Of a stretch of 64,000 nt of DNA, positions 1-11,232 are shown piece after piece. The position numbers were made by a program, and so were the translations under genes. The notes under the pieces are model-generated. The model was not told where the DNA came from. It searched no databases and saw nothing but the letters and a program-made list of their open reading frames with translations. The stretch is from the NCBI GenBank assembly GCA_951406725.2, contig OX597839.1, positions 30,504,001 through 30,568,000 on the forward strand. Direction: 5' to 3'. The stretch's first letter is position 1; each line of letters starts with the position of its first letter. This DNA is from Octopus vulgaris (lineage: Eukaryota).

Positions 1-1184
1 GACAAATGAGAGGGGGGTGGGGGTAGCGGTGACAAAAGGAATCGAGGGGCTGGGAGGGTGAAGTCAGGGGTCAATCAAGCATGTCTTCACTCTTCAATAT
101 GTAGAAACATGTTAAGCCCCAACACAGCTCTATTGTCCAAAGTGTCCTTCATTTTTAAATAGCAGAGAAGAATTTGGCTGCTGTTTCTGTCTTGTCAAGT
201 GTCCATACAAAAGCACCTTCATTGGCTCCATACTGCTGTTGTTGTTGTTGTTTAACCACTGGTCAGTCATACATAAGCAAACCTGTGATAAAAAGTGATC
301 CAGTCATAAAGTTTTCATATTTTTCCATCTAACATAATGTACCTTGGAGTACATTATCCAATGTGTTTTCCTTTTGAAGACTTGCGGGAGACTTGGTTGC
401 CATTTCTAGCAAATCTATTGGCTGCTTAGAGCAGGTAGATTTTGTTTTGAGAAGTGGGCCACATTAGACATGCCTCTTCATCAGGTGAGCCATACTCCTA
501 ATAAAGATACCAAGGTAATTATTTCATTAAGCATGCCACAAGCTGCAGGTGGCCCAACGCCTGGGAAGTTCCCTCTTTGGTTTGGCAAAGAACTGATTTG
601 AATTAATTTGGTTTTTATTAACATTAAGAATGTTATTTCCATATCAACCAAACTCTGTCTGTCTGTCTGTCTCTCTTTCCTCTCGCAACCTACATCATGA
701 AATAACACTTTCTGACAGGAACAATGTCAAGTTATATGAAATGTGATCCTGAGAGTGAGGGGGGGAGGGAGGAGCTTCATTCAACAAACGAAGCTGTTTT
801 TAATTGTGGTTTCATTAAACTCTGCATTTTGCTTCCCTCTACCCCCCTCCTCTTTCTCTCTCTCTAATACTAAACACTGACCCAAATCTATAGAAATTAC
901 TGGAATATTAACTTTTTTCATGAAAATATTTATTTATCACACACACACTCTCACAATTTAATGATATTTAACAATATGAACCAACAAACGAGCCTGTACA
1001 TGCTTGTTCAGTTTGCTAGACACAACAGCCAAGTATCAGTCTGTCTCTCAAATCACACCTTACTGTCTCTAAAGAAAAGGAAGGACACACTGGTTAGTAT
1101 AATCAGAGATGAACTAGATCAAAAAAGCCAGGTAGGATGGTCATAAATGGACCCTTGATTATAGCCCTACCTAATCATGACAGG

Positions 1185-1500
1185 TGAGGGTGCATGGCTT
1201 AGTGGGTTGGATATTTGGCTCATGATTGTAAGGCTGTGAGTTCAATTCCCGGTGGCTCATTGTGTCAAGACACTTTATTTCAAGTTGCTCCAGTCCACTC
1301 AGCTGGCAAAAGTGAGGTGTACCTGTAATTCATAAGGGTCCAACCTTGTCACATTCTGTGTCAAGTGGAATATCACTGAGAACTATGTTCAGGATGTGTA
1401 TCTGTGGAGCATTCAACCATGTGCACATTAATTTTATGAGTAGGCTGTTCCATTGGCCAAACCCAATGGGGACCATGGCCATCATAACTGACGGAAAGCC
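1185..1500 (+). mobile_element. Older copy of the same tRNA-derived SINE family (another partial copy on the minus strand at about 26340-26650)
   Basis: tggcttagtgg..gttcaattcc head and body similar to 36204-36591 (ccttgtcac..ctgtgtca..gagaacta..ctgtggag..ggctgttcc..actgacgga). Confidence 0.8.
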
Positions 1501-3145
1501 AGGTCAGTCATGACTAACCGGAAGCTAAACAATAACAGAATCATCTTTTATTGTAAATGGCCGAGTACTCCTCAGACAATTGTAATCTTCAGGCAGTATC
1601 AGAGTGACATGGTAACAGAAATGGGTTGTTTTAATTACATGTACAAAACTGGTGTTTCTTTCAGGAATGGGGCCCTTGTGAGGATTGAAAAGGGGACAGA
1701 CCTAATGCCTTGTTGCCACTCTTCTGCAGCCAGACCACCATGGCCAGGAAAGGAGAATTGTTGAGAGATAAAACCCTGCTGTTTTTTTTTATAAAGAGTG
1801 GAGGGTCTGGACATGCAACCACGTGGTCTTGGGGTCAGTCCCACTGTGCAGCACCTTAGGCAAATGTCTTCTACAATATCCTTTGACTGACAAAAGCCTT
1901 GTGAGTGAATTTGGTCAATGGAAATTGTGTGGAAGCCTGTCCCCCCCCCCATATATATGTATGTATATGTGAGTGTGTGTGTGTGTCTTTGTACCTGTAT
2001 TTACTCCCTGCACCACTTGAGAACTGGTGATGGTTTGTTCACATCCCTATAACTTAGCAGTTCAGTAAATAAAAACCAAAAGAATAAATACTAGATTTAA
2101 AAATACAAAATAAAGCACTCAGGCCAATTTGTTTGAATAAACCTCTTGAAGGAGGTGCTCCAGCATGACCACTGTTCCATGACTGAAAGAATTAAAAGGT
2201 AATATTTGAAGGGGATGGGGTTGCTGTTACAGACTGTTTTATAGGCTTCCACACAGTCTCCATCTATCCAAAATCACTTGGTTTGCAGTTAGATCAAAGC
2301 TGTGTTAGATAACAGTGAGTCAAGATAGCATACAGAGGGATTGAACCCAGAACTCCATGGTTGTGAAGTAAATTTGTTAACCATTTAACAGTGAGCTTGC
2401 ACCAACTGTTGTCTTTATTTCACTGTTTTTCATGAACAGAGATTTCATCGTCAGCACTGGGTTTAATGTCCACTTTTCCATGCTTGCATAGGTCGGATTG
2501 AATTTGTTGAGCCAAACTTACCACAGCTGGATGCTTTTCCCGTTGCCAACCTTTGGCTATTTCCAAGTCAGGTCATATTTCCCCATGACCAGACGTTTTC
2601 ATGGAAGATTAGAAACAAAAAACACTGCTTGTATGAAGGTGACACTCGTTTACAACTATCACAAACCAAGAAGACAGCAACAACATACATATAAACATAA
2701 TTACACACATATACAATGGGCTTCTTTCAGTTTCCTTGTACCAAATCCTCTCACAAGGCTTTGACCAGCTCAGGGCTATAGTAGAGGACATCTGCTTAAG
2801 ATGCCACATACTGGGACTGACCCCTGCAATGCAGTGACCAATTAAATGCATCCATTTAATGGTTAGTGTAAAAGAGTAACGGCTAAGTCTGTGACAAATC
2901 CTGTTTGCATTCCTAGTTGAAGCCACTTCATTTGAATTGAGGGTCACTCGGAGAATAACACAAGGGCAGGACCCCAATTCCAACTGTATCGATCACTAAA
3001 ATACAGGTAAGTTTTCTCTCCAACCACATGGTTCTGGGTTCAGTCCCACTGGGTGCCACCTTGGGTAAGTGTCTTCTATTAGAACCTCAAATTGAGGTTA
3101 CCTATATGTATAAATGGTGATGGGAGACAAACACAGATACACACA

Positions 3146-3182
<37 letters not shown>

Positions 3183-3427
3183 TCATGGTCTTACCTTTTA
3201 AATTACCTACTACCGTATACCTTATAGCAAGGACCATACATACTGAGGTAATATCAGGAATGCCTTTGGATACATCTATCCCTTAGATGGTTACATTACC
3301 TCTAACTTATACACACACAAACAGAGTCAATTCAAGGATGTCATATCCTTATTAGGGATTAATAAATCCAAAATTTAATCTCCATCATATTAGAAGAAAA
3401 TTTCTACAATGTGTTATGGATTATAAG

Positions 3428-3650
3428 AATAGGTAAAATGAATAAAGTAAGAAAATGGAGAGTTAAGGATGTGTGGGTAATTGATTTGTTTTTAAGATTT
3501 GAATAGAAATAAGTTTTTAAAAACCACAAAAGAAAATTAAAAAAAATTTCTTTCCTGTTTTTTAAAAATGCATTTCTATTTAAATCTTAAAAACAAATGA
3601 ATTACTCATGCTTAACTCTTCAGTTGCTTACATTATTCATTTTACTTATT
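3428..3650. repeat. Degenerate AT-rich palindrome inside the central microsatellite of a SINE
   Basis: aataggtaaaatgaataa..tttgtttttaagatttgaatagaaat / atttctatttaaatcttaaaaacaaa..ttattcattttacttatt. Confidence 0.8.
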
Positions 3651-3899
3651 ATATATCTATATGATTAGACACACACGTGTGTGTGTGTGTGTTTGTTTCC
3701 CATTATCACTTGAAGACTTTTGTTGGTGTGTTCATGTCCCCATAACTCAGTGGTTTGGCAAAAGAGACTGCTAGAATAAGTACTAGGCTTTACAAGAAAT
3801 AATGAGTTCTGAGGTTGATCTGTTTGACAAGGCAATGCCCCAGCATGGCCACTGTTTAATGACTGGATCAAGTAAAAGATTTGGGCCTAGACAATGGAC

Positions 3900-5570
3900 A
3901 TGGCTCTCGTTTCATCCAGCCCCCCCCCCCATTCTGGTAGTCTGCTTCCCCCACCCCTCATTCTCCTTCCCATACAACCTTGCAAACCACCCACTTCTAC
4001 TTACCTTGTGCTTTGTGGGGTCATCTGGTTACCTTATCCTCATTATCTACGTTTTGCAGTCCCTAACCCTAACCCCTTCTCCTTGTAGATGAGAGTAGCC
4101 ATGCAAAATTCTCAACAGGAATCTGCCCTTCTCTCATTTCTCATAGTAATCCCCTCATCTCCTAGCATGAAGCTGACTATCCCCTCTTCCCCCACAGCTC
4201 ATAGTCCTGTGAACTGCATGGTGGCCTCAATAGTGCAGGTGATGGGAACAAAGCGTCCAGTCCACCCTCTGTAAAGTGGTTGGCATTAGGAAGAGCTTCC
4301 AGTCATAGAAACCATTCCAGAAAAAAAAAAGATTTTTGAGAATGATGCGGTCCTTGGACCGTTTGGATCCTTGTCAAAACATCCAGCCCCTGCCAACAGG
4401 GAACACAGGCGATAAATGAAGGTGATGATGATGAGGTGCAGAGACTTGGAACTCATTAGAAAATGAAGGATCAGGTTTGATATGAGAAAGATGCAAATCA
4501 CCGTCATCTCCATCATTGGAGCAATAACATCCATAAAATAATTTCGGGGAAAAAGAAGCAATTAAGGTTTATAAGATATAATCTGTGGAAAAAAAAAATT
4601 GAAAGAAATCATATATCAATGATATATTGGGTAAATAAGTAAGAAAAAATGGTTTAAAATTAAAGTGAAGGAATTTAAATAAGTAAATTGAAAAATAAAT
4701 ATAAAATTATTGTAGAATGTTATAGATAAGGGGTAGAATAGAATTGTGTTCTAAAAACTTATTATAGAATATAGCTAGGTTATTTATATTAATAGGTGAA
4801 GTAAGCTGCCAGAAGAAAATCTCTGATAATTTTATAATTTCTAGATTAAAATTAATATTTCCTTATCATGGGAATTGTCATGAATGACTTGTGTTTAATA
4901 TCGAGTAAAGAAATGATCAAACTATTGGGTAAAAGTTATATTATTAATAAAACTTATAGAAAAGTTTTGGTTTCTATTATAGATTTAAGAAAAAGTTATT
5001 ATTATTCTTTATATGATAATTTATAAATTATTAATTGGTTCTTATAAAATGTTATCTTCTTTATTCATAATCCATTTATAAAGCTTTGTAATACATAGAA
5101 AGATCATGAGGGTGGAGTTTTTTGTAGAGAAATAGAAACTTAGATATTATTATCTATTCATTATCAGGTTTTGAATATTAATTTAGAAGAACTTTTTATG
5201 AGAATATTCCTAGTAAATAAGGTATTAATTGGCACACATATCAAAAGCTTAAAAATATAGTGCAAGGGAGGTAACCAAGATGTAAGTTCCTAAAATTAGA
5301 AAAATTTTAATTAAGAGTGAAGTGTAGTTTATATGGGATATAATAATTTAGGCTGGTTAGAGGTGATATTTATAATATTAAAAGAAATTTAGGTGGAGTA
5401 GAATTCCTGCAGAAATAGATATGGAAATCTATTCTTTAAAATTTATTGTGGATTAGGTATACAACTTAATAATTTTATTAGATATATAAAATTTCTGTAA
5501 TAATTATAGAAATTAAACAAAATTTTATTCAACTTTATTCAATTTGTTTATGTTACTAAATTTCTTAATA
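3900..5570 (-). mobile_element. Highly degenerate AT-rich Penelope-like retroelement relic
   Basis: Minus-strand fragments resemble RT motifs (FD..INTLFT.NI.H near 5210-5250; G.SSGS...SP near 4790-4825), followed by a Cys/His segment (FHGCY..) near 4450-4545. No intact frame; boundaries approximate. Confidence 0.4.
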
Positions 5571-5598
5571 ACTATATATATATATATTAGGAAAGGCT

Positions 5599-5787
5599 GG
5601 TTTATGGGATTGTCCTGGGTTTCTCGTCCATAAAGGGTTTATCTTTATGGCGTACAGTCAGACCCCAAAACCTGTTGGCCCAAGATCACTTTTAAAGAGG
5701 TCTTGGGCCATCAATTTTTGGGGTCTGACAATACGCCATAAATATAAACCCTTTATGGATGGGAAACCTAGAGTAATCCCTTAAACT
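5599..5787. repeat. About 190-nt imperfect fold-back hairpin
   Basis: Arms ggtttatgggatt..ggcccaagatc / ggtcttgggcc..aatcccttaaact, centred near 5693. Confidence 0.9.
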
Positions 5788-6811
5788 GTACTCCCCCCAT
5801 TAAAATATACACTGCTCTACATCTTAGAGTGTACTTCTTCTCTGGATTTATGTTTTCTAAAAACGATATATATTGCTGGCCTTGTGCCAAAATTTGGAAC
5901 CAGCATTGGGAAAGTTCAATGACAAAAGGTTGACATCAAACAAAATGTGTTGCAGTGTTTACTTAGAGACTCTCAGGTTATCAGTTCAAATCCCATCAGC
6001 TTTGTTCTTTTATCCTTCCGGGATCAATAAAATAAAAGGCCAGGGAAAAAAATGCCCACCACCCTCTGCCTAGATTTGTGGCCCTGCAACTATGTATGTA
6101 ATGAATATGTTGGATTTCAGGTTTTTTAACAGCAGACTCCACTCACCCAGTTGACCCAGTTGACCCAGCTGGGGGTCGAGCAAGTCCCTGTGAGCATCCC
6201 AGTAGCAGCAAATCACTGCTCTGCCCCCTTTATCCAAAACAACCGAGGGGCCTTCAGGGATGGAATCTATACCCTTCCTCTTTGCACTAACTCCAAGGGC
6301 AGTAAAATAATATATATTTTTTTAATAAAATTTTCTTCAAGTTGATGAAGAAGAAAAACATCATCAAATTTTTCTTTCTACATCTTTTAACAATTTTTTA
6401 AAACTTCAAATAATACAGGTTTCCAATTTTGGCACAAGGCCAGCAAGTTCGGGGAAGAGGCCAAGTCGATTACATTGAGCCTAGTACTCAACTAGTAGAT
6501 TATTTTATCGATCTCGAAAGGATGAAAAGCAAAGTGGAGCTTGGTGGAATTTGAACTTACAACGTAAGGATGGACGAAATATCACCCAAGCATTTTGTCT
6601 GGCATGCTAACGGATTAGCCAGCTTGCCACCTTAAAACTTTATATAGCACAAAATCTAAGAATTTATTTTTTAATGTTAGTGTATAATTAACTTTTGAAA
6701 ATAGAATGATAAATGTTTTCTTTTGTGAAATTTCTTCTCAGTCATGTTTCATAAAAAAAATGACGGTGCTCCAGCATGGCCACAGCCATTGGACTGAAAC
6801 ATATAAGAGAA

Positions 6812-7203
6812 CTAGCAGTATTGCCCAGCGTCGCTCGGGTTTGTTTCGACCCTTTAGAATTGGAATTTTTGAAAAGTAAAAATTTTGCATTATGTAGCTT
6901 GTTATTCCCTTTAAGTGAACATTTTTCTGGTTGAAATTCACCAAAAAAATGGTGACACAGCAGTGAAAAAATCGTTAAAAAATAGGGATTTTCGTAGACA
7001 AAAAAGCACCCTTTTGATGTAAATAATTTTTGGTGTTAACATGGTCCTATTTGAATTTTTTCTTCTATGGAATGAAGAGCAAGCTTTCTATCATACTCTC
7101 AATTTTGGTCAACTTGCGCCACAGGGTCTCGGAGGAGATAGTGTTAGTTGAAGGCTACCAAACCTGCCATACACAGACAACTTCAGCTTTATATATCTAG
7201 AGA
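6812..7203 (-). mobile_element. Non-autonomous Helitron
   Basis: Minus strand begins TC after a host A and ends with a GC-rich hairpin (cccgagcgacgctggg) and CTAG before a host T. No TSD. It interrupts the taagagaa tail of a SINE. Confidence 0.75.
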
Positions 7204-7930
7204 TAAGAGAATAAGTCAAAAATGGAAGGAAAAGTCGCCAATTCTTTGAAAATTTCATTTAATAATGGAAGGGAGACAATTACGTGTCGTTTCACCATTT
7301 CTGATTCCAAAGTCGGGCCATGCAAGAGGTAACTTGACTTTCGTTGAAGTTTTACTCGTTAAACTAGTATTTCTGTATAAATAATATAGATGTACTTCGA
7401 AGTCACACATCTCAGAGGAAAGAGAAAAAAATTACAGAAAGGGGGGAATATAAAAATATTGAAATTTCAGAGGCAAAAAAGTTTTCAATGTTTGCGAAAT
7501 GAAAGACAGAAATATTGAAGAAATAAAGGAAGAATAAAACTGGTTTCGTTGCTTCCCCAAGAAGTGTGCGACTTCGAATGACACTTTTGACAAGAATTCT
7601 GTCTTCTATATTTATAGAATCAACGAATTCCTGTCATATTTACACAATTCCATTTGCTTACTTTTTAGTTTTCAAACTTTGGTCGTTATTTTTTTCTAAA
7701 CCAGGTTTAATCGTCTTTTTATTTTATTTTTAAATATCTTCGATAACTTCAGGGAAAATATTGCCAAGGAGAAAGGGAACAATAAAACACAACTAAATAC
7801 AATTAATTAATCAAAATAAATAATTAAATACCGTTAATTGGTATTCTGTACAAGAGAAAACTTTACACTTTACTATGTTGTGAAAAGGAATTTGGCAGAC
7901 GGAAACCGCGTGCGTGGAATGCGGCAATCG

Positions 7931-7959
<29 letters not shown>

Positions 7960-7967
<8 letters not shown>

Positions 7968-8087
7968 GTGTATATGTGTACACCGGTTTTAAAATCGGTT
8001 TTGTTCGTATTTCGGGCTGTGCCTTAGCGCTCTGATAATTACAACCAATATAACCAATATCCGGCAGAAGTATATACGAAGATCGAT
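7960..8087 (+). promoter_or_regulatory. Putative NAA80 promoter/5' UTR
   Basis: CpG-enriched unique sequence just upstream of the ATG, with two CCAAT motifs (8045-8049, 8054-8058). The TSS cannot be determined. Confidence 0.35.
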
Positions 8088-8109
8088 ATGATGGGCAGTG
8101 GTGAAGTTG
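8088..8109 (+). CDS. NAA80: NAA80 first coding exon (MMGSGEV + 1 nt)
   Basis: ATG ATG GGC AGT GGT GAA GTT G followed by donor G|GTAAGA at 8110. Its phase 1 matches the phase-1 acceptor at 9426/9427 (G+AA = Glu). It lies at the end of a locally CpG-enriched non-repeat segment. Confidence 0.72.
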
Positions 8110-9426
8110 GTAAGAGTCCTCACCTCATTTATTTTCCCTGCTTTGTGTATAAATAAATAAATTAATCAATTTAAGTCGACAAGTTGACGGAATCGTTAGC
8201 ATGCCGGACAAAATGCTTAGCAGTATTTCGTCCGTCTTTACATTCTGAGTTGAAATTCCGCTGAGCTCGACAAACATATATATATATATATATATGACAG
8301 ACAAAGCTTTATGGAAATGTTATGGTTTCTGGAACCGGGTTTTGAGGAAATCGTGGGAAATATCTGAGAATCGGGGCATTGAAAACTGGGGAATTTATAA
8401 AAAAACATCCTGGGTTATGTGAAATAGTGAAACGAAAACATAAAGTATTCTTTAATATTGTTTTTTATTTCTTTTACTTCTGCTAGAAAAAATACTTTAA
8501 ATATAAACGTAGATATATTACTAGGAGAGGAAAATATCTGTTTTTTAGTAAGTTAGAAGTATTTAATTAGAAATAATATTAAAAAGAAAAAAAACCTTAA
8601 TTAATTTAAACATGTTATAGTGTATAAGAGGCTACAATATTTTCACTTTAAAATCTTGCGCATTATGGAAAGAAAAAGAAAAAAGTTCACATATGTTCTT
8701 TTCTACTCTAAGCACAAGGCCCGACATTTTTTTGGGGGGGGATGGTCAGTCGATTAGATCGACCCCAGTACGCAACTGGTTCTTAATTTATTGACCCGAA
8801 GTTCACATACGTTAAAAAGTATTTAATTCTAAATCTCATTAATTATAAGATATTTAAGGTCCCACGGTAATTTCCTCAAGGCCTCTTCTGATCTTATAAG
8901 GTTTTTTTTTAGTCCCCTCTGGTTCAGGGGAGGTAACCCGTCCTCATTAACTTCTTTTTCTGTATTTCTCCATTTCTGATCCTTTCCTCACATCTGCCCC
9001 GAATAGAGTCGCCATGATCAGAGAATCAGAAATATTTTTATGGCTTCGGTGTCAGACTTGCAGGTGACATGACATTTGCTGCAAAAACTGGAACACACTA
9101 ATTAATCTACATTCGCATACAAGCACACAAACACAAATTTACACACACATACTGCTGCACATACATAAACATAAAGCTACACTCACCCACAGATTCATCC
9201 ACAGTACAAATCGTTCATAGTTACGCAAATATCTCGCTGCAGACACACGCACACACAGCTACACTTCCACACACACACACACACTTGGAGCTCCACATAT
9301 ACAGACACATGCATACCACTGCACTCACACGCACACATAACACTACACATGCATACAGAAACAAGACATACGCATACTTATTAGTATTTGTTATATTTAT
9401 GCAGGTTTTTTGTTTGTTTCTTGCAG

Positions 9427-10256
9427 AAGAGGAGAGATTCCAGGTTGTCCCACTTCACCAAAATCCCTGTTTCTATGACTCCTGTGCTGACCTTCTCAAC
9501 AGTGAATGGACCCGGAGTAAAACAGCTCGCCTTCATTCCCTTCATAAGTCATGCGATCAGCTACCCGTTTCCCTCGTCTTGGTTGCCCTCGGCCAGCCCC
9601 CTGTTATTGGCCATAGCATGCTCTCAAGGGTTGTGGGCATTGAAAAAGCTTGTTTTGTTGAGTCCGTGTTGGTGGACAAAGAATATCGTGGTCAAGGTTT
9701 AGGTCGAAAGATCATGATTGGTTCAGAGGAGTTTGCAGCTCGTCTGGGTTTTCAGACGATGTACTTAAGCACTCACGATAAACAAGGTTTCTACGAGCAC
9801 CTGGGATATAAATACTGTGACCCGATCTCAAAAGCTGACAACTGCACCAAGCTTCTGCCAGAAGGATTCTTGAAGCAGTTGTGTGGTAGTGCAGCAACTT
9901 GTGCAACAGACAGTGACATTTCACTGAATAAAAGACAAACATCTGCAGAGAAAAAGACAGAGTGCAACTCCATTGCAACTTATGCAAATCTGACCTCCAC
10001 CACAAATAGCAACGAGTGCTATAACAGCGTTAGCAACGACAAAGACAATAGTGCAAATGCTGCAACAGTGACTGATAACCATGTGACCCCACCACCACCG
10101 CATGTTCCAGCACCACCACCTCCACGTGCTCCTGCACCACCACCACCACGTGCTCCAGCACCACCACCTCCACCTCTAGCTAAACCATCAAACAGACCAG
10201 AAATTGTGCGGATGGACATTAACCTGATCTCCTGGATGAAAAAAGAACTTTGTTGA
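9427..10256 (+). CDS. NAA80: N-alpha-acetyltransferase 80 (NAT6/NatH, actin N-terminal acetyltransferase), main exon; spliced product about 283 aa
   Basis: Acceptor ttttgtttgtttcttgcag ends at 9426. The translation has NAA80 hallmarks: PLH..P...CADLLNSEW.RS..ARL.SL..S.D.LP, VIGH, VESVLV, acetyl-CoA motif RGQGLG, YLSTHDKQGFYEHLGY, a proline-rich loop and terminal WMKKEL. The track N-terminus (9285-9426) is intronic CA-rich sequence. Confidence 0.92.
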
Positions 10257-11232
10257 GTTTCCCTCCAAAGTAGAACTGATTAAAGCAACACTACAAACTC
10301 TCCCACGTTTTCTTTCGACTGTGAACTTCCTTTGAAAAGCTATGGGCTTGATAAATTCACATTTTTAATGACTTGAATGTCATAAGTGCATTGACCCTTT
10401 CCCCTCCTTCATGACCCCTTTTCTGGTCTCTGTTACAAGTATGATGAAGGAAGGAAAGGGTCCTTAAATCAGCAACCTTCCTAAATCTTTGCAACAGAGT
10501 GAACTTTGTTGAAACCCTTCAAGAGTCAGGTTGTGGCTGTGTTAAACCAGGTTAAATCAATGTCCAGCAACAAAGTCCACTGGACTCTGACATAATGTCT
10601 GTCTCTCAAATTGCATTCACAAGACATGCTCATTCCACCACTCGCATACAACACACTTGCACAGTTCTATGACATACTTGTCACACACACACATACCTTT
10701 GTGTGTGTGTGTGTGTGTCTATTCTTTTAGACATACACACACGTACTTATGTGTATGTATCATCATTTTATGTTCACCCTCCATGCTTGTTTCATTTCAA
10801 CAGCCCAACAGGATCTGATGACTCAAAGAACTGCTCTCGGTGCCAATGTCTCAGTTTTCCAATGTTTCTACAATTGGATGTGTTTCCAATGAAAACCACT
10901 TTGCAAAATGTACTGAGTACTTTTCAAAATCCATCCATCCATCCCCAAATACACAAACTTGTATACATACACACATCAGGCAAATACAAAAATATATTTA
11001 TGTGTATTTAGTATATATATATATATATACATGACTGCTTTGTGTGTATATAACAAACCTTGTGCAGCCGAACTCAATGAAAGTGAATCACAGACCGTTG
11101 TGCATACATTGCAAGTTCTCTAAACAGTTATATACACCCAGTTTGTGTGTATATGCACAGCACACACACGTGCACATGTATGCTCAAGGTGCTTATATTT
11201 TGCACAACCTGCATCTGGAATTCCCTTTTATA

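Noticed and set aside
440-495. CTGATGA on the minus strand as a hammerhead
   Set aside because: Followed by AAAAC rather than GAAAC, with no stem I partner; at best a remnant.
3322-3362. Minus-strand cctaataa-ggat(atgac)atcc-ttgaa resembling a decayed hammerhead
   Set aside because: Both core boxes are mutated and stem I is absent; too weak to call.
1500-7700. Divergent minus-strand gene sharing the NAA80 promoter (donor-like sites near 7656 and 6140, acceptor near 2998)
   Set aside because: No consistent open frame could be assembled.
9285-9426. N-terminal 47 aa of the 323-aa track ORF
   Set aside because: Starts at TTG in CA-rich low-complexity sequence and ends in a polypyrimidine tract plus AG; intronic.
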